Below the pieces are notes generated by a model. That model searched no databases, was not told where the DNA came from, and worked only from the letters and a program-made list of their open reading frames with translations. A stretch of DNA of 64,000 nt. It comes from Chloroflexota bacterium. GTDB lineage: Bacteria > Chloroflexota > UBA11872 > VXNJ01. How positions within the stretch are numbered: the first letter of the stretch is position 1; the number at the start of each line of letters is the position of its first letter. The stretch covers positions 2,275,663 to 2,339,662 of the forward strand of contig OZ244573.1 in assembly GCA_965217845.1 (NCBI GenBank), given 5' to 3'. Position numbers and translations under genes: made by a program. Shown here piece by piece: positions 1-8,290 of this stretch.

Positions 1-1578
1 TTCATGGCGCTCGGTGCCAAGCACGTACAGCCCGCCGAGCTCGGTTACGCCCGGGCCCAGCTTGATGTCGGTGCCGCGGCCGGCCATGTTGGTGGCGATG
101 GTGACTGCGCCCGGCTGGCCTGCCTCGGCCACTATTTCGGCTTCCTGGGCATGGAAGCGGGCATTTAGTAACTGGTGCGGGATCCGTTCCGAGCGCAGCA
201 ACCGGCCGAGGTGTTCTGACGACTCGATCGATGTCGTCCCCACCAGGACCGGCCGCTTTTGCTGGTTCAGACTTGCGATCTCGGCGACCACCGCGCGGTT
301 CTTGGCTACCTTGGTCTTAAAGACCAGGTCGGTTTTATCGCGCCGGACCATCGGTGCGTTGGTTGGAATCTCGCGCACCTGCAGCCCGTAAATCTTGTGC
401 AGCTCCTCTTCCTCGGTTTTGGCGGTACCGGTCATGCCGGCCAGCTTGGCGTAGGCCCGGAACAGGTTCTGGAAGGTGATCGTGGCCATGGTGCGGGTTT
501 CGGCCTGGATCTGCACGTGCTCCTTGGCTTCGATCGCCTGGTGCAGGCCCTCTCCAAATCGGCGCCCATGCATGAGCCGCCCCGTGAACTCGTCGACGAT
601 GACGATTTCGGCCCGCACGTCGCGGGCATCTACGACCGCGCCGTCGCGAAAGAGCACGTAATCGCGCCCGCGGCGATAGAGGGCTTTGGCACGCAGCGCC
701 TGCTGCAGATAGTGCAGGTGCTGGTAATTGCCTTCCGCATAGATGTTCTCGATGCCCAGTCGCCGCTCGACCTTGTCGATCGCCTCATCGGTCGGGAAGA
801 CCGCCCGCTGCTTGAGGTCGATTTCGAAATCGCGGCCCTCCCGGAACGGGTCCACGATGGCGGCAAAACTCTGGTACAGAGCGGTTGATTCGGCGACCTG
901 CCCGGAAATGATCAGCGGGGTCCGCGCTTCATCGATCAGGATGTTGTCGACCTCGTCCACGATGGCGAAATCAAGTCCCCGCTGGACCCGGTCGCCCAAC
1001 CGCTGGACCATGTTGTCGCGCAGGTAGTCAAATCCGATCTCGTTGTTGGTTCCGTAAGTGACGTCGCTAGCATAGGCCGCGCGGCGGCTGGCCAAATCGA
1101 GATCAGCGGCGATCACGCCCACCGTCATGCCCAACCGCTCCAGCACCGGTCCCATCCAGTCGCGGTCGCGCCGGGCCAGGTAATCGTTGACCGTTACCAC
1201 GTGCACGCCGCGACCCGGCAGCGCGTTCAGGTAGGCCGCCAGCGGGGCTACATAGGTCTTACCCTCGCCGGTCTTCATTTCCGCAACCGCGCCCTCGTGC
1301 AGCACTGCCGCGCCGACGATCTGCACGTCAAACTGGCGATCGCCGATGGTGCGCTCAGTGGATTCGCGCACCGCCGCAAACGCCTCGGCGCGCAGTCCGT
1401 CCAGTGAGCGACCCCGCTGCAACTGATCCCGCAGTCGCCCGGTCACGGCGGCCAGGCCGGCGGCGTCCAAGGCGCGGTACTGGACAGCGAGCGCGTTCAC
1501 GCGCTCGACCAGGCGGGTGTGGCGCCGCATTGTTTTAGAAGGACCGTCGCGCAGCAGGCCGGTCAAGTTTTTCAGCAT
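1..1578 (-). CDS. secA: Preprotein translocase ATPase SecA, N-terminal 526 codons (runs off window edge; absent from ORF track)
   Basis: Manual translation from ATG 1578: MLKNLTGLL...EMKTGEGKT...VTVNDYLARRD...DEVDNILIDEARTPLIISG...GMTGTA...ATNMAGRGTDIKLG...GTERHE. Confidence 0.97.
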   Translation of the reverse strand, partial: MLKNLTGLLRDGPSKTMRRHTRLVERVNALAVQYRALDAAGLAAVTGRLRDQLQRGRSLDGLRAEAFAAVRESTERTIGDRQFDVQIVGAAVLHEGAVAEMKTGEGKTYVAPLAAYLNALPGRGVHVVTVNDYLARRDRDWMGPVLERLGMTVGVIAADLDLASRRAAYASDVTYGTNNEIGFDYLRDNMVQRLGDRVQRGLDFAIVDEVDNILIDEARTPLIISGQVAESTALYQSFAAIVDPFREGRDFEIDLKQRAVFPTDEAIDKVERRLGIENIYAEGNYQHLHYLQQALRAKALYRRGRDYVLFRDGAVVDARDVRAEIVIVDEFTGRLMHGRRFGEGLHQAIEAKEHVQIQAETRTMATITFQNLFRAYAKLAGMTGTAKTEEEELHKIYGLQVREIPTNAPMVRRDKTDLVFKTKVAKNRAVVAEIASLNQQKRPVLVGTTSIESSEHLGRLLRSERIPHQLLNARFHAQEAEIVAEAGQPGAVTIATNMAGRGTDIKLGPGVTELGGLYVLGTERHE

Positions 1579-1687
1579 GGTTGATCTGGCGGGCGGAGAT
1601 CGGGCGGCGGAGAGGGCGGGCGGGCAGCACCGTCGTTCCGATTCTCCAACGTAGCCGGCCGCCGCGGGCCGGCCGCAATGCGCCGCC

Positions 1688-3022
1688 CTAGTACTGCGGT
1701 GTACGCTCGCGGGCCACGAAATGGCCGAATTCGCGCACGAAGATCGCGTCCACAATGCCGGTCTGGCCATGACGGTGTTTGGCCACTTCGATATTCAATT
1801 CCACCGGTCCGCTGGGCGGCAGATCGCCGCCCTCCGGGTAGAGGAATATGACCACATCGGAGTCCTGTTCAATCGAGCCGCTCTCGCGCAGGTCGGAGAG
1901 TCGGGGGCGCTGCTGGGTGCGCATTTCGATCGCACGCGACAGCTGCGCTCCGGCCATGACGGGGACATCGAGTTCGCGGGCAAGCTGCTTTAAGGAGCGC
2001 GTAATCTGCGAAATCTGCTGGACCCGGTTTTCGTGGTCGCGGTGCGGGCGCATCAACTGCAGGTAGTCGATGATGACCAAGCCGATATGGTGGTCCAGCT
2101 TCAGCCGGCGGGCCTTGGAGCGCAGCTGCAGTTCGGTCAGTGCCGGAGTGTCGTCGAGATAGATTGGGAATTCGCTCAAATTTCCGGCTTCGGTGCCGAC
2201 GATTCCGAACTCCTCGTCGGTCAGGTCGGCATCACGCAACTTGGTCGAATCAATCCGGGTCTGCATGCTCAGCAGGCGCTGGGTCAGCTGCTTGGGTGAG
2301 ACCTCCAGGGTGAACAAGGCCACCGGTACGTGATGTATTCCGGCCGCGCGCCAGGCAATGTTTAGCAAGAAGGAGGTTTTGCCGATGCCGGTCCGGGCCG
2401 CAACCGTGATCAGGTCGGAGGCCTGGAACCCGCCCAGGAGCTCGTCAAGGCGCGTGAAGCCGGTGTGCACCCCGGCCAGCAACTGGCCTTCCTCGCGCCG
2501 CCGTAGCAGCTCGTCTACATACGGGACGAGCAGGTCGCGGACGTGCTGGTAGTTGCCGGAGTCGGTATTGGCGGCAAGCTGAAACAGCAGTTCCTGGGCC
2601 CGGGCGACGACCGCGTCGGCGTCGGCGGCGCGGTCGTAGGCCAGATCCGACAGCGCCTGGGCCCCGTCGATAACCTGACGCAGGATCGAGTTGCGCTTGA
2701 CGATCTCGGCGTAGTAACGGACGTTGAACGAGGTCGGAACCTCGTGCCCCAAAAGGCTCACGTAAGCGGTGCCGCCTACCGCCTCCAGGTTTTCGCTTCG
2801 TTCCAGCTCGTCGATGACCAGCATTAGATCGGCCGGCTGATTGCGTGCCGCCAAGTTTTCGATCGCCCGGTAAATCAGGCGATGTGGCTGCCGGTAAAAA
2901 TCGGCCTCGCTCAAAAAGTCGGCGACCTTGGATATGCCCTGCGGATCGAGCAGCAGCGAACCCAGCACCGAGCGCTCGGCGTCTTCGCTGTGCGGGGGTA
3001 CGCGCGCGTCGTTTGTGCTCAT
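1688..3022 (-). CDS. dnaB: Replicative DNA helicase DnaB
   Basis: PPHSEDAERSVLG N-terminus, AARTGIGKT Walker A, IIDYLQL, QLSR, LSDLRESGSIEQDSD; ATG 3022 with GGAGAGG upstream. Confidence 0.97.
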   Translation of the reverse strand: MSTNDARVPPHSEDAERSVLGSLLLDPQGISKVADFLSEADFYRQPHRLIYRAIENLAARNQPADLMLVIDELERSENLEAVGGTAYVSLLGHEVPTSFNVRYYAEIVKRNSILRQVIDGAQALSDLAYDRAADADAVVARAQELLFQLAANTDSGNYQHVRDLLVPYVDELLRRREEGQLLAGVHTGFTRLDELLGGFQASDLITVAARTGIGKTSFLLNIAWRAAGIHHVPVALFTLEVSPKQLTQRLLSMQTRIDSTKLRDADLTDEEFGIVGTEAGNLSEFPIYLDDTPALTELQLRSKARRLKLDHHIGLVIIDYLQLMRPHRDHENRVQQISQITRSLKQLARELDVPVMAGAQLSRAIEMRTQQRPRLSDLRESGSIEQDSDVVIFLYPEGGDLPPSGPVELNIEVAKHRHGQTGIVDAIFVREFGHFVARERTPQY

Positions 3023-3280
3023 CGCGTCCTCTCCGGGCGGCGCCCTTGAATTGCCTGGGCCGGCACCGGCGGTGGCGCAGTCGCGGTCACGTGTCGGCGG
3101 CCGACGATTAGTCTGCCCTTGCCGCGCCGATCGCGCAAAGAATTGCGGGTGGCCGGCGAAGGTTGCGGGAGATCGACCTCCGCGGCCAGCTTGACGTCGC
3201 GGCGATTCCCGCACAGCGCCGTCGGGTCATCGGCCGGCCCCTGACTAACCGAACGGACCCATGATCCGAATCTCAGCGGG

Positions 3281-4372
3281 TCAATCAAAGGTCAGTACGC
3301 TGCGCGCCACCTTGCCCTCGCCGAGCAGTCGGAACGCTTCGTTGACCTCACTGAGCGGCAGGCTCGTGGTGATCAGTTCGTCGAGCTTTAGCTTTCCGGC
3401 CTGGTAAAGGGAAATCATTCGCGGGAAGTCGATGTGCGGGCGGGCGCTGCCGTACATGGACCCGATAACGGTTTTCTCCCACATCAGGTCCTGGGCGTCC
3501 AATGTCACCGGCGTATCCAGCGGAGCGTGGCCCACCCACACGGTCACCCCGCGATTGCGGGTCGCATGGATTGCCTGGACAAACGGCTTGGCCACCAGCC
3601 CTATGGCCTCGAAGGCGTAGTGCACACCCAGACCGCCGGTTAGGTCTCTAATTGCCTCCACCGGATCGCAATCGCGGGCGTTGACGGTGTTAGTGGCCCC
3701 GAATTGCCGGGCCAGGGCGAGTTTGTTTTCCAGCAAATCGACGGAGATGATCGTCGTGGCCCCGGCGATGGATGCGCCCTGGACTACGCTCAGGCCCACC
3801 CCGCCGGCGCCGAAGACCGCGACGGTGGAACCGGGTTGCACCTGCGCCGTGTTGATCGCCGCGCCCACCCCGGTGGTAACCCCGCAACCCACCAATGCGG
3901 CTTGCGGAAAGGGCATCGATTTGTCGATCGGGACCGCCGCCATCTCGCTGACGATTGCGTGTGAGCACATCGTGCCCAACCCGTAGAGGAAGGGCACGTG
4001 GGCCCCGGTCCGGGCCACGCGGGCGGTGGCCTCGTTCATGGGCTGGCGATAACAGACGTTCGGTCGGCCGGTCTGGCAGGCTTCGCACAGGCCGCAACTC
4101 GGCATCCAGGAGAGGATCACGTGGTCGCCTTCCTGGACGTTGGTGACCCCGGTGCCGACCGCTCTAACAATCCCGGCTCCCTCGTGGCCGAGTATGACCG
4201 GGACCGCGATGTCCGGCCAATCCCCTTTTACAACGTGCCAGTCGGTGTGACAGACGCCGCTGGCCTTCATCTCCACCAGCACCTCGCCGGCGCCGGGGTC
4301 ACCCAGCTCCATGACCTCGACCAATACCGGCTCGTTGTACCCGAAGAGGACCGCACCCTTGATTGATTGCAC
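3281..4372 (-). CDS. Zn-dependent alcohol dehydrogenase (MDR family)
   Basis: GVCHTD, GHEGAG, structural Zn CGLCEAC...C, GAGGVG nucleotide-binding motif. Confidence 0.93.
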   Translation of the reverse strand: MQSIKGAVLFGYNEPVLVEVMELGDPGAGEVLVEMKASGVCHTDWHVVKGDWPDIAVPVILGHEGAGIVRAVGTGVTNVQEGDHVILSWMPSCGLCEACQTGRPNVCYRQPMNEATARVARTGAHVPFLYGLGTMCSHAIVSEMAAVPIDKSMPFPQAALVGCGVTTGVGAAINTAQVQPGSTVAVFGAGGVGLSVVQGASIAGATTIISVDLLENKLALARQFGATNTVNARDCDPVEAIRDLTGGLGVHYAFEAIGLVAKPFVQAIHATRNRGVTVWVGHAPLDTPVTLDAQDLMWEKTVIGSMYGSARPHIDFPRMISLYQAGKLKLDELITTSLPLSEVNEAFRLLGEGKVARSVLTFD

Positions 4373-4843
4373 CTGCCATTTCTCCTATCAAGCCGATGAG
4401 GTTGGCGACGCGCTCAAGATGCCGGGTGGGGTGAGGCGGCCCCACGCTTTCCAGGTCCGGCCGGCCCGATCAGTTATGGACCCGGGATCTTGACGGTTTG
4501 CGCTGGTCGGGACGAATGCGGGACGGTGCCGGGCGAGATTGTGGGCGAAGCCGAACCGGCCAAGCAGAGAGATCTCCGCCGCTTGCCATTGGCCATGCAC
4601 GGGCTCGACCCGACAGCAACCGACGCTGCCCGCAATTATTGTCCTTCGCGCCGGCCGCGCCAGCACCCCGATTGAGAAATTGGTCTCCGCTTACGGTCAA
4701 AGGCGCGCGTCACCTGACGCGACTGGCCGCCCGACGTTTGCTGACCGATCACGCCCGGACGGCAAGCGATCAGCAGCCAGCCGCTGCAGATACTGCTAGC
4801 GCCGTTGGCCGAGAGTTGCTTTGAAGATATGCTGCGGCCGCGA

Positions 4844-5359
4844 TCATTCGCTCGCTTCCGCTCTTTGCTTGAGCTGCTCACGGGCGAGGGCTTCGGCTTC
4901 CGCCGCCAGTTCGTCCAAGTCCATCACCTCGACCGTAATCGACGCTTCCAGCCCGGTCGCGACCCGCACCGGCAAGGTGTAGATGCCGAGTGAGCGGATT
5001 GGATCAAGAACGGTTATCCGGTGGCGATCGATCTCGATGTCGATTTGTTCGGCCAGCGCCTCGGCGACCTGCTGGTTAGTGATCCGGCCGTGGATTCGGC
5101 CTTCGGATCCGACCCGCGCTGGAATGATCACCGATGCCCCCTGCAGCTTGGATGCCAGTTCTTGCGCTTTGGCCATCTCTTGTTGGGCGCGGTGACTGGC
5201 GATCGCGTGTTTTGTGCGCTGGTCGCGTAATACCCCGGACGTGGCGGGACGGGCCAGTTGCTTGGGGATCAGGTGGTTACGTGCGAATCCCGGTGCGACT
5301 TCGGTGATTTCGCCTACCCGACCAAGGTTCGGGACATCGGAGAGAAGGATTACTTTCAC
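4844..5359 (-). CDS. rplI: 50S ribosomal protein L9
   Basis: MKVILLSDVPNLGRVGEITEVAPGFARNHLIPK; C-domain PIRSLGIY. Confidence 0.96.
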   Translation of the reverse strand: MKVILLSDVPNLGRVGEITEVAPGFARNHLIPKQLARPATSGVLRDQRTKHAIASHRAQQEMAKAQELASKLQGASVIIPARVGSEGRIHGRITNQQVAEALAEQIDIEIDRHRITVLDPIRSLGIYTLPVRVATGLEASITVEVMDLDELAAEAEALAREQLKQRAEASE

Positions 5360-6732
5360 AGCGATTGCTTCTGGATGGTGCGCATGAAATCGGCGTTGTC
5401 ACGGGTTTTCTTGAGCTGGTCGAGCATCAGTTCGATTGCGTCCTCGTCACCGACCGCGATCAGCATCCGACGCAGCAGCCAACTCATTCGGGTTTTTTCG
5501 TCGTCGAGCAGCAGTTCGATCCGACGAGTACCAGATTTAATCACATCGACCGATGGGAAAGTGCCGCGCTCAGCCAGGCGTCGATTCAGGATCAACTCCC
5601 AGTTGCCGGTACCCTTGAATTCTTCGTAGATGACCTCGTCCATGCGTGACCCGGTGTCGATCAGGCAGGAGGCCAGAACGGTCAATGAACCGCCGTTTTC
5701 GATATTGCGGCCGGAGCCGAAGAAAGTCTTGGGAGGGACCAGCGCCGCCGGGTCGACGCCGCCGGAGAGGGTCTTGCCGGAAGACGGAACCTGCAGGTTG
5801 TAGGCGCGCGCCAGGCGCGTGATCGAATCCAGGAAAAGCACCACGTTGGCGCCGTTTTCAACCAGTCGGCGGGCGCGCTGCATGGTCAACTCGGCTACCC
5901 GGCAGTGGCTGTCGGGATGCTCGTCGAACGTCGAGCTGATTACCTCGGCCTTGACGGTGCGCTGCCAGTCAGTGACCTCCTCGGGGCGTTCCCCAATCAA
6001 AGCCACCAACAGCTGCAGGTCGTCGTAATTGGTACTAATGGATTTGGCAATCCGCTTCAAGACTTCGGTCTTGCCGGCCTTCGGCGGCGAAACTATCAGG
6101 CCGCGCTGGCCGCGCCCGATGGGCGCCACCAGGTCGATGACGCGGGTCGTCAAATCCACCCGTTCGTGCTCTAGCAGGATCTGATCGGTCGGGAAAATCG
6201 GGACCAAATCGCGGAACCGCGGGCGGCGCGCCGCCAGCTGGGGATCGGCGTTGTTGATCGCCACCACCCGCACCAGTCCGCGGTACTTCTCGTTTTCCTT
6301 GGGGCGTCGCACCTGCCCGGTCACGAAGTCACCGGTGCGCATGCCGGCGCGGCGGATTTGGGCCTGCGAGACGTAGATGTCAGAGACGGTCGGCAACCAG
6401 CGTGAATTGCGGCGCAGCACCCCGAATCCCTCCGAGGTTATCTCGAGAACCCCGTGCTCGAGCGAGCTGGCCAGACTTTCATCGCTCTTGGCGATTATCA
6501 AATCGACCAGGGACCGCTTGTCGATGGGCTCCGGGTCGCCGTTGGGTTCGATGCCAAGGCGATCGGCAAGGACCTGCAACTCGTCGAAATCGCGCGCCAT
6601 AAAGTCGCGGGTCGAATAATTGCTCAGCAACTCCGGAGCGCCGTTGACGCTTTCGATGTCGATGCTGCGCACTGCGGCACCCCAATTGCCGCCCCGCCCT
6701 CGATCACGGTAGGGTCTTCGGCGTCCGCTCAC
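5356..6732 (-). CDS. rho: Transcription termination factor Rho
   Basis: GFGVLR, DIYVSQAQIRR, PIGRGQRGLIVSPPKAGKT, GERPEEVTD, DSITRLARAYN, EEFKGTGN. Confidence 0.98.
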   Translation of the reverse strand: MSGRRRPYRDRGRGGNWGAAVRSIDIESVNGAPELLSNYSTRDFMARDFDELQVLADRLGIEPNGDPEPIDKRSLVDLIIAKSDESLASSLEHGVLEITSEGFGVLRRNSRWLPTVSDIYVSQAQIRRAGMRTGDFVTGQVRRPKENEKYRGLVRVVAINNADPQLAARRPRFRDLVPIFPTDQILLEHERVDLTTRVIDLVAPIGRGQRGLIVSPPKAGKTEVLKRIAKSISTNYDDLQLLVALIGERPEEVTDWQRTVKAEVISSTFDEHPDSHCRVAELTMQRARRLVENGANVVLFLDSITRLARAYNLQVPSSGKTLSGGVDPAALVPPKTFFGSGRNIENGGSLTVLASCLIDTGSRMDEVIYEEFKGTGNWELILNRRLAERGTFPSVDVIKSGTRRIELLLDDEKTRMSWLLRRMLIAVGDEDAIELMLDQLKKTRDNADFMRTIQKQSL

Positions 6733-6994
6733 TTGGAAATCTCCAGCCTGTTTGGCAAATGCGTTATCTCACCCGGCGGCAGCTGAGTGCATAGTCTTGG
6801 CCGCCACAATGGATGCGTTGGCGAAATGCCTGAGAAGGGTAAATAGCTACGGCGCGGTGCATTTGTCGCTTGGGACTGGCTATGGCGCCGGCAAGGAGGC
6901 CGCCCGGGCGTGCAAAACAACCCGTCGGCTCCGAAAATGATACACCGTAATTGGAGACAGTCAGCACCCGCAACCCGGATACCAGGGAGACCTA

Positions 6995-7603
6995 TTGGCC
7001 GACCAGCGACCGATTGGCGTAATCGGCGGGTCCTTTGACCCCGTTCACGACGGCCACCTCGCGCTGGCGCGGGTGTGCCTGGACGCTGGCGAGGCGGAGA
7101 GGATACTGCTGGTGCCTGCGGCCCAGGCGCCACTGCGTACGGCGCCGGCGGCCTCGCCGCAGCAGCGCCTGGAAATGTGTCGCCTTGCCGTTGCCGGTGA
7201 TGCGAGCCTGGAGGTATCCGATCTGGAAGTGAAGCGCCGCCGTGCCTACACAGTCGATACCCTGGAGCGTCTGTCCGAACTTTGTCCGGGTAGACGCCTG
7301 GCCCTGATCATCGGTACCGATCTGCTCGCCGAGCTGGTCAACTGGCGCGATGTTCCCGGGATCCTGGCGCGCGCCCAGATCCTGGCTGTGGCGCGGGGCG
7401 GCTACGGCAACACCGCCATCCCGGCCTGGGTCAAAGCGCACCGGGGCGAGCTGCGTGTTATCCGTGCCGATACCCCGGCCATTTCCTCAACCCTGGTGAG
7501 GGACCGCATTGCCGCCGGGAAATCGATTGACCGCCTGGTTCCGGCTCCGGTCGCAAGATTTATTCGGTGCAACCGCCTCTATTGCAATGGCAGTTTCCGG
7601 TGA
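6995..7603 (+). CDS. nadD: Nicotinate-nucleotide adenylyltransferase
   Basis: GGSFDPVHDGH, YTVDTL, IIGTD, ISSTLVR; adjacent to rsfS. Confidence 0.94.
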   Translation: MADQRPIGVIGGSFDPVHDGHLALARVCLDAGEAERILLVPAAQAPLRTAPAASPQQRLEMCRLAVAGDASLEVSDLEVKRRRAYTVDTLERLSELCPGRRLALIIGTDLLAELVNWRDVPGILARAQILAVARGGYGNTAIPAWVKAHRGELRVIRADTPAISSTLVRDRIAAGKSIDRLVPAPVARFIRCNRLYCNGSFR

Positions 7604-7640
7604 TGGCGGCCCGCAGCCGCCATTCCTGGCAGGGTTGGTC

Positions 7641-7997
7641 GTGAATGCCGTCGAAGACGATGCCATCCGCCGACTGGCCCACCAGTTGGCCCGGGAACTG
7701 GCCGCCAAATCCGCAACCGACGTGCGGTTGCTGGAGATCGCACCGATTTCCACGATCGCCGACTACTTCGTGCTGGCTACCGCCAACTCCCGCCTGCACA
7801 TGCGCGGCCTGGTCGACACCTGCCACGAAATGGCGCCCGAGGGGTCCCGCCCGCGGGTTGAAGGGAGGACCGATGACGGCTGGGTGCTGGTCGATTGTGG
7901 CGACCTGATCGTTCACCTATTCCTGCCCGACCCGCGCCGCTACTACGCCATTGAGGAGCTGTGGGGCGACGCCCGGACGGTGCTGCATCTGGTGTGA
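7641..7997 (+). CDS. rsfS: Ribosome silencing factor RsfS
   Basis: IADYFVLATANS, WVLVDCGDLIVHLF, RRYYAIEELW; GTG 7641 chosen by family length. Confidence 0.93.
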   Translation: MNAVEDDAIRRLAHQLARELAAKSATDVRLLEIAPISTIADYFVLATANSRLHMRGLVDTCHEMAPEGSRPRVEGRTDDGWVLVDCGDLIVHLFLPDPRRYYAIEELWGDARTVLHLV

Positions 7998-8016
7998 CCT
8001 GGCCCACCGTTTTGGG

Positions 8017-8043
8017 CCGCCTTCCACGGCGGTTTTATTATTT
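8017..8043 (+). terminator. Possible intrinsic terminator after rsfS
   Basis: CCGCC-ttccac-GGCGG hairpin followed by TTTTATTATTT. Confidence 0.5.
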
Positions 8044-8084
8044 GTTGTAGTAGGGCTCTACAAGAAGAGGCGGAGGCAGCGAAA

Positions 8085-8255
8085 TTGGCGCGTCAGAAAC
8101 CGGCCGTAAGCATCCTTGAACTGGCCTTTGTTCTCGGTGTGGGCATCGGGATCGGAGTGCTACTGAGTTCGCACGGATCGCTGCGTAAATTCATCGGCCG
8201 GGTGGGGCCCCTGGCACGTCGTCGCCAGGTTGATTACCAGGTACTGCGCCAGTAA
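8085..8255 (+). CDS. Small single-TM membrane protein, 56 aa (below ORF track cut-off)
   Basis: GGAGG at 8072-8076, TTG start; MARQKPAVSILELAFVLGVGIGIGVLLSSHGSLRKFIGRVGPLARRRQVDYQVLRQ*. Confidence 0.65.
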   Translation: MARQKPAVSILELAFVLGVGIGIGVLLSSHGSLRKFIGRVGPLARRRQVDYQVLRQ

Positions 8256-8290
8256 GTACGACCTGAGCGCTCGGCTGCAGTTCCCGGGCG

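Noticed and set aside
3023-3280. Possible TPP riboswitch (GCTGAGA) upstream of dnaB
   Set aside because: Remaining conserved TPP motifs are absent and the context does not fit.
4373-4843. Possible SRP or other ncRNA in the long rplI-adh spacer
   Set aside because: No recognisable consensus (CAGGTCCGG is not followed by AAGGAAGCAG).
6600-6732. Rho N-terminus as a fused ribosomal protein S18 remnant (given adjacency to rplI)
   Set aside because: Only generic Arg-richness; S18 core motifs (IDYK, GKILPRR) are missing.
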